A DNA stretch of 64,000 nt from positions 37,808,388 to 37,872,387 of the forward strand of contig NC_092670.1 in the NCBI RefSeq assembly GCF_964355755.1. Direction: 5' to 3'. Below the pieces are notes generated by a model. The model ran no database searches. It was not told the origin of the DNA and worked only from the letters and a program-made list of their open reading frames with translations. The DNA is from Antedon mediterranea (taxonomy: Eukaryota > Animalia > Echinodermata). A program made the position numbers and the translations under genes. Of this stretch, positions 52,301 through 61,200 are shown piece after piece (position 1 is the first letter of the stretch; each line of letters begins with the position of its first letter).

Positions 52301-53779
52301 ATGTAGATGTTACATTTGATAACACGGTATCCATAACATCCTTAACCATTCAGGGAGATGAAGGAAATTCTGTTACCAAACTTAAACTGTATCATAAAGA
52401 ATCAGAAAGTGAAAGTTACATTATCATGAATAATGACTTTCAGATTCCAAACCAAACTAATAATTCCCTTGTAGTAAAAATTCTTCTTCCTGAAGAACTT
52501 TCAGTTGTTGTCGCTCTAAGAGTGGAAATTGATTCTTATAATGTCGACAATCCAACAGTAAGATTTGGAATTTTTGGATGTCTGCCTGAAAGAACAACTA
52601 CTATTGTTATACCATCTATTGCAACAGGTACCCCGTCAACACCAAGTACAATTGCAACAGGTACCCCGACAACAACAACTACAATTGCAACAGGTACCCC
52701 TTCAACACCAAGTTCAATTGCAACAGGTACTCCATCAACATCAAGTACAATTGCAACAGGTACTCCATCAACACCAAGTACAATTGCAACAAGTTTTACC
52801 GAAATTAAAAAATTAACCCAAGTCCAATCCACAACCGTACTACCAACATTTCCAGCACCTACAAGAGGTACCCCGTCAACACCAATTACAGCTGCAACAG
52901 GTACCCCGTCAACACCAAGTTCAATTGCAACAGGTACCCCATCAACACCAAGTACAATTGCAACAGGTACCCCATCAACACCAAGTTTAATTGCAACAGG
53001 TACCCGATCAACACCAAGTACAATTGCAACAGGTACTCCATCAACACCAAGTACAGCTACAATAGGTACCCCGATAACACCAAGTACATTTGCAACATTT
53101 TCACCACCAACTGCATTGCCGGCAACTACCAAACCTAAAGGTAATATTTTCTTCTCAATAAATTTTAAAAAGAAATTGGTGTAGTCACAAAAATAATGAT
53201 AGGCCTTTACAATAACAATGGTTTGTTTAATTTGCAGATTATTGTAAAATTGCTGTTGCTTAATGGAAATAAAAATAAGTTAATACACAATTTTCTACAA
53301 AAACATGAACTCTACTCCAAAATACTTTGTTTATGTATAGAATCGTTTGTATCTTTGCCCTGGGAACAGTGTTGCCACCTTTATAATGTCTATTATTGGC
53401 AATTCATAATTTGAGAATAAGAAAAAAAAATGTAACAAATACTTCTCGCTCTACCTTTTGATTTCTAGGAACTTGTGAACAAAAGCAGGCAGTCAAAACG
53501 TTTAGTACAGTATATAATAATAAAACCTGCACAACAGGCTTTCAAATTGATTACTGTGATGGAATGTGCGCTTCAACCACTACTCACCATGTAGAAATAC
53601 GAACACAGACTATTTCTTATGATACCAAATGTGGTTGCTGTAGGCCTGAGGCACCAGTGTCTGTAACTAGAATGATAACGTTTATCTGTGGTGGTGAAGA
53701 AAATGTTGAACTAGAAATTACTTTAGACACCTTTGATCGTTGTACCTGTACGGAATACCTGCCCTGCCCTCCAGTATAA
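12721..53779 (+). CDS. Gene 1: secreted gel-forming mucin-like / VWD-C8-TIL protein with CysD, EGF, F5/8 type C, PTS and C-terminal cystine-knot domains (~36 exons, ~2,850-2,940 aa)
   Basis: Manual exon chain with compatible phases: 12721-12876, 15360-15423, (16209-16232), 17416-17492, 17671-17857, 18260-18336, 18507-18687, 19014-19127, 19467-19589, 20409-20540, 21727-21828, 23132-23173, 23931-24443, 25200-25300, 26071-26230, 26612-26846, 27800-27846, 28492-28814, 29415-29559, 30267-30431, 31268-31438, 32001-32238, 32513-32803, 33129-33175, 34085-34267, 34815-35014, 35419-35523, 36319-36604, 37428-37664, 39849-40388, 42155-(42616..42748), 43803-44339, 47914-(48375..48507), 49510-50046, 52166-53140, 53469-53779. 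No in-frame stops were seen in this chain. Uncertain points: exon 3 acceptor, exon 12 donor and the two internal B-exon donors. Confidence 0.9.
13455..13503 (-). ncRNA. Minimal type I hammerhead ribozyme in a Penelope-like fragment (~13356-13503)
   Basis: Minus strand: gtctc CTGATGA gtgagt-tgcacg-actcac GAAA ca-agcc-tg TA gagac. Complete catalytic core, 5-bp stem I, 6-bp stem II, short stem III, GUA cleavage triplet. Confidence 0.85.
13802..15291. mobile_element. P-element-like non-autonomous element
   Basis: TIR CAAAGAACTTATAACACA(TA)AGAATCTCCTGTTC and 7-bp TSD ATCATAG (13795-13801, 15292-15298). Absent from paralogue intron 1. Contains an 83-bp tandem duplication and a nested inverted-repeat element (~14098-15179). 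A left-end copy is at 54890-55000. Confidence 0.8.
15360..15423 (+). CDS. Gene 1 exon 2
   Basis: TTTTTTAG acceptor, KQLEETYRDLLHLLGETGHKF, GTGAGT donor. Conserved at 59279-59342. Confidence 0.8.
17416..18687 (+). CDS. Gene 1 exons 4-7: two tandem CysD (Mucin2_WxxW) domains
   Basis: EWTRWFNRDNPSGTGDWETV..ENPNQMCQNPVDIQCQT..VSCSASVGLVCKNADQTDGYCRDYRVRFKCP. Each domain is split over two exons. The second copy begins EWTPWFDRDNP. The unit is a near-identical ~840-bp genomic duplication. Confidence 0.92.
19014..21828 (+). CDS. Gene 1 exons 8-11: four EGF-like domains, one per phase 1-1 exon
   Basis: 19014-19127 NPCQPNPCLNNGKC..CDC..GFTGVTC; 19467-19589 DPCFKNDPCENGGIC..; 20409-20540 DVCAQNNPCKNDAPC..; 21727-21828 [30 protein letters not shown]. 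Each has the six-Cys EGF spacing. Confidence 0.9.
21118..21281. mobile_element. ~160-bp Tourist/Harbinger-like MITE family (representative copy)
   Basis: TIR AGCTCTGTCTACACTATCAAACT flanked by TAA/TTA. About 16 full or partial copies, near 257, 15436, 18797, 20800, 21118, 23269, 23413, 26386, 27432, 28104, 28883, 29019, 57030, 59356, 62477 and 63270. Confidence 0.85.
21952..22401. mobile_element. Tc1/pogo-like MITE with TAATAGTAACCC repeats
   Basis: TA|CCATAAATTTTCTAAT ... ATTAGAAGATTTACGG|TA. Half copies at 37688-37895, 42771-43018 and 48530-48768. Confidence 0.75.
22525..22800 (-). mobile_element. Penelope-like terminal fragment with partial tandem duplication
   Basis: A ~90-bp block is repeated at ~22525 and ~22671 and ends in a hammerhead-like motif. 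Confidence 0.55.
22760..22796 (-). ncRNA. Minimal hammerhead-like ribozyme variant
   Basis: Minus strand: gca CTGACGA-A gggc-tagtgtt-gccc GAAA gc TC tgc. There is an extra A after the core, and stem III is reduced to the palindrome AGCT. Confidence 0.6.
23931..27846 (+). CDS. Gene 1 D1 assembly (VWD-C8-TIL-E)
   Basis: FCTVWDKQNYRTFDG...NGMCGNYDG (23931-24443); C8 exons 25200-25300 and 26071-26230; TIL exon 26612-26846; E exon 27800-27846. Confidence 0.92.
25311..25475. mobile_element. Harbinger-like MITE
   Basis: TIR AGGCCAGTTAACACTAGGACGATAA / TTATCGTCCTAGTGTAAATGGGCCT with TTA on both sides. Confidence 0.7.
25650..25924 (-). mobile_element. tRNA-derived SINE
   Basis: Minus strand: A-box-like GTGGCACAGTG, B-box-like GGTTTGAATCC, then TCCTTAGGCAA..CCACCCAGGTGTATAAAATGGGTAC SINE core. 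Confidence 0.7.
26927..27346. mobile_element. Solo LTR (420 bp)
   Basis: TGTCA...TTACA termini with a perfect 5-bp TSD ATCAT (26922-26926, 27347-27351). Confidence 0.8.
27866..28040. repeat. (ATT)n-rich microsatellite
   Basis: TTTTGATTATTATTA-type units. Confidence 0.9.
28492..32238 (+). CDS. Gene 1 D2 assembly (VWD-C8-TIL)
   Basis: TCWASGIWSYKTFDNKHYEFIGDCEY (28492-28814), GKTCGLCGTYN (29415-29559), linker 30267-30431, C8 31268-31438, TIL 32001-32238. Confidence 0.92.
30452..30990. repeat. 32-bp minisatellite
   Basis: ATATTTGGTAATGATATCATGCCATAATGCCC, ~16 units. Confidence 0.9.
31450..31700 (-). mobile_element. RTE-clade LINE 3' fragment
   Basis: IRRLTFAGHC.R..EDII..VLMW....G..KVGRP....IDVLETDTG......MADR resembles the C-terminus of an RTE ORF. 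Confidence 0.7.
32513..37664 (+). CDS. Gene 1 D'D3 assembly and first Thr/Pro-rich segment
   Basis: TIL' 32513-32803; TCITWGDGHYKTFDG..NVECGSTGVTCTK (34085-34267); LTGLCGYYDG..DFGNSWK (35419-35523); C8 with DSCACDYGGDCECMCTAI (36319-36604), the hallmark mucin/VWF D3 motif; short TIL plus TTP-rich tail (37428-37664). Confidence 0.93.
33325..33949 (+). mobile_element. Helentron-associated non-autonomous element (HINE/DINE-1-like), family 2
   Basis: 5' TTTACCTCCGCCAAGGAGGTA, GTTT microsatellite, 3' subTIR GGCGGAGGTA, hairpin CACTC-TCG-GAGTG, TT end. Fragments at ~41376-41537 (and its unit copies) and ~56570-56745. Confidence 0.7.
34280..34580. repeat. 27-bp minisatellite
   Basis: CTACATTCACACTGAGCCAATATTAAG, ~11 units. 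Confidence 0.92.
37897..39337 (-). mobile_element. Helentron-associated element (HINE)
   Basis: Minus strand: TT-AGGTGATCATT..AATGATCACCTA 5' hairpin, 3' subTIR AATGATCACCTAT, hairpin ATTCGTCA-AAG-TGACGAAT, CTAGTT end. It splits the host MITE at a TT with no TSD. Confidence 0.75.
39849..40388 (+). CDS. Gene 1 F5/8 type C (discoidin-like) exon A1 plus Thr-rich tail
   Basis: ECNKDL..GWIP..YVEFYF..IGIQG..PALRIAFYGC followed by TTTQAPQTTT. AG/GT bounded, phase 1-1. Confidence 0.85.
40814..41134. mobile_element. MITE present in all three cassette units
   Basis: TIR TATACCCTTTTCACATCTGCA / TGCAGATGTGAAAAGGGTATA. Copies at ~45095-45412 and ~50801-51123. Confidence 0.75.
42155..42748 (+). CDS. Gene 1 F5/8 type C exon B1 plus truncated PTS (3' end uncertain)
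   Basis: ECDDEL..IWYP..YVDVTF..LTIQG..PTVRFGIFGC followed by 11-aa TGTPSTPSTIA repeats. The native donor is absent. Candidate in-frame donors lie after 42616, 42649, 42682, 42715 and 42748. Confidence 0.75.
43803..44339 (+). CDS. Gene 1 F5/8 type C exon A2
   Basis: Near-identical copy of A1, one codon shorter. Confidence 0.85.
45833..47313 (-). mobile_element. Helentron-associated element (HINE), recent insertion
   Basis: Minus strand: TTAGGTTATATGCATTATCATGCATATAACCT 5' end, (TTTA)n, 3' subTIR ATGCATATAACCTAT, hairpin AATTCGTCA-TAG-TGACGAATT, CTAGTT. Empty sites CATATAAAATTAGTTGG at ~41550 and ~51548. Confidence 0.85.
47914..48507 (+). CDS. Gene 1 F5/8 type C exon B2 plus truncated PTS (3' end uncertain)
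   Basis: Near-identical to B1, with the same PTS-to-MITE junction at ~48530. Confidence 0.75.
49510..50046 (+). CDS. Gene 1 F5/8 type C exon A3
   Basis: Protein sequence identical to A2. Confidence 0.85.
52166..53140 (+). CDS. Gene 1 F5/8 type C exon B3 with full PTS domain
   Basis: 975 nt, phase 1-1, ending at AAAG|GTAATA. Carries 33-nt/11-aa (TGTPSTPSTIA) mucin repeats. Confidence 0.88.
53469..53779 (+). CDS. Gene 1 last exon: C-terminal cystine knot (CTCK)
   Basis: TCEQK..KTCTT..YCDGMC..KCGCCRP..FIC..RCTCTEYLPCPPV*. 11 Cys with the CxGxC, CxCC and CxC spacing of VWF/mucin CK domains. Confidence 0.9.
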
Positions 53780-55000
53780 TTTAAGAGTTTCTAGTATAGT
53801 TCATATTCAAAAAATGTTCTCACCTTATCCTTATGACCATTTACAGGTTAAATACAGATTATATGTGGGACAAGCTACGCTGTTTTCCGCTTAGCATTAC
53901 CGCTAGTCTGTGTAAATTGGCCTTAGACTTATGTGTGGTTGAGTGGTCATTATCTCAACCCCAAAATGTGCATAGCTACAGCAGTATAATCAATCCCATC
54001 AAATGTTAGTTCAGTTTTTATTTGCAAGCATGCTGATGTTTTAAATGTTCTTTGGTAAGATTAATATTAATTTTTGGTGTGAAAACAATTTGTCTTGCAG
54101 ATTTGGACCTTTGCTGACACACGCACCCATGGTTTAAGTGGTTGAATTATATTATTTTAAATTTATATAGCTTATCATAATTATAATAGTTCAAATGTTT
54201 ATTATTAATTATATGCACTTTGTTATTTTAGCACCAAGTGAAAATATTAAAGCCATAATTATAAGTGATTTGATTTTTTGTTTTTTTCACACTCGGTCAC
54301 TGTTACAAACTCATCATACACTGGCCCCTCTGGGAGAACAGTCTTATGACTGAAGAGGCTATACCCAGTATAAAGAATAAATATAAAGAGAGACTTTTCG
54401 TTTTTGAGCGACTACGTGACTATTAAATTCAGAGCATGCTCAGACCATGGAGCTATAAAATTCTAATTTTATAGCTCCATGCGCAGACGTTATAGCATGG
54501 AACATAATGACCAACATTCTCAGTATACAGCATAGTTGAGGGTAAAGCGCAATTGTATAAAACTCTGGGTATGCTTGCAAAATGCATAATAGCCCCAAAA
54601 ACTAAAAATGAAGATTAATAAAATCAGACTTTGAAAGGCCATTTTGTTATTCACTTCCTAGAAGAAAAAAAAATAACAAAAATAATAATTTTGACACTTT
54701 TTAATAAAAATAAAAACAACCTTTTTAAAAGATAACAATTAGGCCTAGGCCTATTATTATACAGTATGCGACATTAAAATGGGATTATATATTGACGGAG
54801 TTTTACAAATAAATATATGTAAAAGAAGAAGACACTACGGGTTTTCCGTAACGACGTTGCGCGCGCAGTTCAATTCCATATTGTCGAGTCAAAGAACTTA
54901 TTTAACACAAGAATCTCCTGTTCGTCCGAAGCGCGTAACAATTTCGAAAGGCATTGTGGGATAGAATAGAGCTAATGATGGGTGGCGCCATTGTGAGCCA

Positions 55001-55845
55001 CAGAGCCATATTAATATAAAGAGTTACGACATTGAAAATTAGAAGCCATTTTTGTGTCAAAGAATTCGCACGATGAGGGCGCGCGCGTCTCTTTTGTATA
55101 GCGTTTTCCTATAGTTCATGCACTATTTTTAGATTTTGTTGTCTATGAAATAACGCTTAGATTCTGTTTTTATTTAGTAATTAATTTTATTAATGGTATT
55201 GATTTGTTAAAATATATATATATATTTTATAATAACAAAAAAATAAATGCTAGGGCCTACATGGAAGTTAGGATACATCAAAGAATGAACCAATAAAAAA
55301 AAAAACACAATTCACCCCTCTTTATATAAAGTATATGGCCGGCAGCTCTCTGTGTGTTTTAGCACAAACTGCGCCGCCAACTTTATTAACATTCAGAGAC
55401 TCGTTCATCATTTCATTTGTAATAATTTGCCTTTATTATTTAAATATTGTTCATACCCTTTTCAGTATATTAACAAATATATCCACGAAACTTTATTATT
55501 TTATTTAGTATCAAAGCATGCATTATGAATTGAAAATATTACATAATTGTTATTAATGGGACGTAGTTATGGGATGTTTTGTTCCAAAATCAATCAATCG
55601 AACGTTATAATGTACTAGCGCACGTGCGCGCAATATTCTTTGCCGCAAGTACTTCTGTACGCTGTGCACATCGATATTTCATCGTAAAATGTGCAATTAC
55701 ATTTTTTTTAATATTATAAGAAAAAGTTTAAAGTATTTTGTTGCTCCTATACTTTACATGCATTTACTAATGCAGACAAGTTTGACACATTTTGATCTGC
55801 ATATCACGTGACTATAATCCAATGTCGTAACTCTTTATATATATG
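55001..55845. mobile_element. Inverted second copy of the 2628-3473 MITE
   Basis: Reverse-complement match along its whole length. The right TIR is slightly truncated. Confidence 0.85.
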
Positions 55846-57102
55846 TTTTGTTTATTTTTTTGCTTTAGGTATTAGCTTTACATGGTTAAAATATTGCTGG
55901 GGGTTAATAATTTTTTTATACAAACAATCCGGCATTGCAACAATGACCTTTCTAAATCAAGATTGACCAGAATAATGATCGAGGAGTGTCTTGAAGCTGT
56001 GACGATTTGCGGCGCCTCTGCCTTAACCCTAGTCTGAGTTCCAGACGGAGTTTTGTCTTAATATTAGTAAAAAGATAAATATTTTGGCACATATGGCGTT
56101 TCATACGTATACTACTTGATTTTGGATTCAGACAAAAATCGCGGTCGAAATAAAAACAAAAGATAATACAGACTTGGGGCAAGTCTACCTTAACCCATGT
56201 AGTAAGCTTAACCGCTTGACCAGTCGACTAATGTTTTGGTCCATATCAAAGAATAATTATGTCCATGTTAAAACGAAAAGAAGACAATGCGTGCTATTTA
56301 ATATATCGTACGGAAGATAGGCCTAAGCTTTTGTGACAAACAATATATCAATTTTCCTGAAAATCAATAGGCATGTTCTGTAAGTATATACCTATGTACA
56401 GAATGAAATAAGGAAGGACACACACTGGGGTACTAACAAAACTAATTATCAACTAACAATAGATTAATTTGAATAACAATAGAACAGCAACGCCGAAAGC
56501 AAACGGGTGAATTTGAAAAGAAATAGGTTTTTTTAAACTACCTGTATGAAAAAGCCGGTACATTTAATCAACTTTTGTTTTAAAATTACAAATCACAAAT
56601 TATAACCCTTGCCTCTTGTCCAAAAATGAGGTTTTTTGGACAAGTAGTTCTCGAGAAAATGTAATTTCAGTTTACGTGTTATTTTAAAACTGCTCACCGG
56701 CTTTTGAAAATCGTCTCCGATCTTTTAACACTAGCCGGTCTGAAAATAATATCATTTTTGTTATTTGTGATTTTCAATTTCGGAACATGCTTACTAAGTG
56801 ACAAAATGAACCTTTTGGTTTTCCTCGTAGAATAAGTTATAGTGCATCATCTGTGTTAACATCACGATGCCTTTGGTTGGTTGGTATGTAGCAACTATAT
56901 ATTGGAAAATAAATGTTTAATGAAAGAATGTACATTTGTTACGTCAATAAATTTGAATAAATTAAAGGTTGCCCACATAATTTCTAATATTGTTTTTTTT
57001 TATGACTTTCTCATTCAGTTTAAACTAAAAAATCTCCACTATCAAATTTAATGTCACAAAAAATGTGATGTGCCCATATATGATCTTATATTTTATATTC
57101 TA

Positions 57103-57400
57103 GAGTGAGTGAGTGGGTGGCCGAGCGGTTAAGACAGTGGAACCGTAATTACGTAGCCATTACATCAGCAGGGGTTCGATGCTCACTCACTCCATGGTTC
57201 TGGTGGTAGAACGAGTCTTCTCGGATAAGGACTATAAACCGTAGGTCCAGTGTACACATCTAGTTCGTGTGCACTTTAAAGAACCTAGGTGTATTAGTAC
57301 ATCACAGCCACTGATCACCAACTGGGCCCTCTGGGAGACCAGTCTTTTGACTGAAGAGGTTACCCAGTATAAATATAAATTTCAATTCAATTCAATTCAA
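57103..57400 (+). mobile_element. tRNA-derived SINE with Deu-like core
   Basis: A box GTGGCCGAGCGG, B box GGTTCGATGC, core TCTCGGATAAGGACTATAAACCGTAGGTCC, (TTCAA)n tail. Absent from the paralogous region at ~300-470. Related pieces at ~19835-19990 (-), ~37070-37270 and ~54320-54385. Confidence 0.75.
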
Positions 57401-57989
57401 TATGTTGCAGTTATGTATTTATTATGAACTTATGAGTTTGATATTTGATCTGGTGAAAGATGTGTTACTGCAGGATGAGACGTACGTCCTATCGAAAGAG
57501 ATTGAGTTCGCGGTAGGAGTCCACCGGGTCTAGCAAGTGTCATGTATGAGTTTGTATTGTACAATCCAGAATTGAATTAAACTGCGTGTAGAAAAAAAAT
57601 CAAGCGAACCTCTGTATTTTAGCAATGATTATATGCAATAACTTTACAAATAAAATTGATTTATATAATTTCTAATGTTATTGCCATCACAGATTGCTTA
57701 GCTCAGCAAAACTTTTACTTTCACAGCTGCGTTATATATTTATTTTATTCGAATCAGCGTTTAGTAATGGCATTGTTTACAAGATATTTTTTATTGTAAA
57801 CATATGTTTTTTTAGAATAAAATCTATAACAACTCATTACATTTATGGATCGTATACATACACCTAAAGTACAATACGTTCATTAGCATGTGGACATCTG
57901 GCTATAAAATAATAAATGAGACGATACAAATAACAGCATCTACGCGTGCGCAGTGTTTAACACAAACCTACAGACAGGAGTAATCAATA

Positions 57990-58234
57990 CCAACAAAGTT
58001 TTAACCAATCAAAACTGTGTATTTAAACACATGATATACAGAGTGACCAATGAACATACGATGACGTAACAACAACTCTGTAAGTTTAAACCAATTACAA
58101 CAATGTAGTATGATCTGTTGTAAGTATAAACCAATTAATTTACTCCGTTTGCAAATTGCATAATAATTGAAAAAAATGATTTGGTATATATATGGATGAT
58201 GCAGACGAAGAGCTTACAAAGCGCGACGGACAAG
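57990..58234 (+). promoter_or_regulatory. Putative proximal promoter of gene 2
   Basis: Homologous CCAAT cluster, TGACGTAA and TATATATA upstream of ATG 58235. Confidence 0.45.
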
Positions 58235-61200
58235 ATGAAGTGGTTTGTTTTGCAAACTTATCTGATTTTATCAGCTGGACTAGCTTGTCTCGCTAGCAGT
58301 TGGCAAAGAAAATTACACCAGCGAAATGTCCATCATGCCAAAGCACCCGTAGCTGAATCGTTGATAGCTGATCAACGAATACAAGAAGACGTAAGTAGTG
58401 TCTATTAGTGTTATTAGAAAAACTCTGCAATTTCTTTCTAAAAATGTAGTTTTAGTTATCTGTAAATGCGCCTTTAAATCCATTTGTTTGTCGCCGCGCC
58501 GCGCAATATAAAAATGGTACAAGTATGTTGTATGGCTGATTATTGTTCATCTGGTTGTAAATATCCATGATTTAGTGGATAGTTAGTTAGTAGTTTGCAA
58601 AAACCAAAAAATTTGCGAACTAACCTCGGTTTTTGCAAAAAATAATGTAGCTGTTTTCGTTTTAGCTTTTGCTATCATTTTGTATCTCATTGTCATTTAT
58701 TTTCAGTTTGCTTTTTTATAGTTATGGACTTAACTTATATAACTTAACTTATATAACTTAACTTATATAACTTAACTTATATAACTTAACTTATATAACT
58801 TAACTTATATAACTTAACTTATATAACTTAACTTATATATCTCCATGGTTATATTTATATATTTGATTGAATATACACTTACAATTCAAAGGAACATTCT
58901 TCCAAAAATTTAAAAAAAAAAATCAATTATAGAACTATTGGCGAGAAAAAAACAAAATAAACAATATTAAGTAAACGAAATATTTATTGCAAACTATTTC
59001 TACTTGCCCCTACTCCTCCCTTCCACCATATATTTTCGATTTCAAGTTTTATTAAAAGGTACCGGTAATTAATCCGTGAATATTACAAAATATGATTTCT
59101 TAAATTCGATTTACATTAACGTCAATATTATCACATGCACACTTCAATATATACAAGAAACCACGCCAAAAAATTGCTTTGGCAAAATTCTGCTAAAATG
59201 TATCAGGCAGTATCAGTAGTTATATAATCATTCCGATTGGGCAAAAAATACTGATTCCAAGTGTCTAACGCTTTTTAGGAACAATTACAAGAAACGTATA
59301 GAGACTTATTGCATCTGCTGGAGGAAACTGAACATAAGTTTGGTGAGTTATCTAAAGCCTTGTCTACACTATCAAACGTTATGTGACAAATGTTATGTGC
59401 CCATAATGGACATGATGATGTTTTGCCCTACTCTGATGTGAAAAACCCTTTAATCTAGTATGTTTTAGTATTCTCAATGTACTTGTATATATAATTAAAG
59501 TACAAATTACGTCAAAGTAGGGCAAAACATCCTGACGCAAAGCTACCTCCACAGTAGTTACAAACAATTACAATCCTGTTGATGCAGTACCCGTTGCTTA
59601 CTTGGGATCGAAATCTAAACCCTCTAGAGGTGGTATGAACGGCAGGCTAGTGATCTGGAGGGAATTAATTCCGTATTTTTTCTCAATATTCTCAATTTAG
59701 GCCTACTTAGTATACGTCCGAATAGGGCAAATTAACATCTTACCAATAAGTCTATTGTACTGTTTATATCGCTATAGGCCTACTTATTAATAAAAATAAG
59801 TCAAACTTATTTTCAGGTCAGGCGCGTAGGCATATATTAAATGTTTAGTTACATACAGAGTATCCAATTTTAATCGATAAATATGGACAAAAGAACATGA
59901 TGAAAGCAAATATCACAATATTCCCGATTGTGCCAAATTAAAAACCCGGTAATTTAATTCAGCCGGAGGCCATGGAAGAGAATAGATAAAATGTACTGTT
60001 TATGTTGTAATTCTTTTTGTTAATTTTAACCAGCAAACTTGTTTTAGGCCTAATAATGTGTTATTCTTTCACATTCGTTAATATTCAATATCTATACTTT
60101 TTCCAGCTTTAAGACAAGCAGATGAAGGAGGTGAGTATTTTTGTTATTATTAATTTAGCAAATTTCAGGATACAATGCGCCTGATCATCTTTTTGAAATT
60201 GGCGCTAGATTTATTGATTGTATTATGGTTTTACCACTGATAAGAAAGCCCTTCCACCAAACCACACCACACCAACGCGCGCGTATCTCTGTCACCGCTT
60301 TGGTGGACCGCTTTGGCCTTTTTTACAACATGCACACCAAAATACACGTCACACACAATATACAACACATTCACACCACCACCACCACCAGGCCACCACA
60401 ACGAGTTGATGTAGCCTCCTTCTAGGCCCTAGGCTTATAAAAATGTAAAAAAATATATTTCTTGGTAGAGTATAAAACATTACTCGTTCTGATTAGTTTT
60501 TTGTTTGTGTAAGTTACTATGGATCGATCCGTTACTATTTTAACATCGAATTATTTTAGATAGAATACAACAACACCTCTCACTTATTTGTGCTGTCGGG
60601 CCTAGCCTAGGCCTAGGCCTAGTAGTAGGCTAGCCTAGGCCTAGCCTAGATAATCAGAAAACACAGGCAAGCTACCTGTATCATATCTGTACAAACGGAG
60701 GAAAAGCTGGAATGACCAACTAACATTAACAACAAAAACAACGTTGTCACTCTCCGCTTTCCCTGCCGTCTAGTTTTTTTTACGCGTGCCGACGGATGAC
60801 GTGTAGAGCGGAAGTTATACGCCACCTATAATTATATGTAAGCTTTTGAATCTGCATAAATAATTTGCATAAATTATATATTATTATATATATTATATTT
60901 GAAATAAAAATGTGCAGAGCTAATTAATAATAATAATAAAATGTTTAAAACTAGGCCTATATTTAAATGAATAGCGCCATAAATAGAAAGATCACTAAAG
61001 AAACAAACTTTTTAATAAGCACTGCACAATTGTATTTTTAGGCATGCATATAACCTATTGATTCTGTCAGAATCTTTATTTATTCGTTCCTTAGCCCTAT
61101 TTTATCCGTCAGTTAAATTGATATTAGTTCATCTAGCTAAACCAATTTTTTCAGAGTATATTCCTTAAGGCCAGGAATCGATGTGGTTTTGTTTTCACGG

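Larger units (their letters stand above)
39340..53140 (+). repeat. Intragenic triplication of the [exon A - intron - exon B] cassette
   Basis: Units ~39340-42770, ~42771-48529 and ~48530-53140. Exons and introns are nearly identical apart from indels. Confidence 0.95.

Noticed and set aside
42554-53132. Poly-Q ORFs (42554, 48313, 52565) and antisense Val/Gly or Leu-rich ORFs (52536, 42605, 48364)
   Set aside because: Alternative frames or antisense shadows of the PTS repeat exons.
12721-53779. Naming the gene SSPO, hemocytin, MUC2/MUC5, OTOG, VWF or Sfp1
   Set aside because: No LDLa, TSP1, VWA, D4, VWC array, Gal-lectin or GDPH was seen; orthology cannot be assigned without a phylogeny.
57103-57195. 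tRNA gene
   Set aside because: A/B boxes continue into a SINE body and simple-repeat tail, with no convincing cloverleaf.
57470-57510. CAGGATGAGACGTACGTCCTATCGAAAG as a third hammerhead
   Set aside because: The core is not CUGANGA and stems I and III cannot be formed.
58181-58234. N-terminal extension of gene 2 from upstream in-frame starts
   Set aside because: The equivalent ATGs are out of frame in gene 1 and lie next to the TATA box; ATG 58235 starts the signal peptide.
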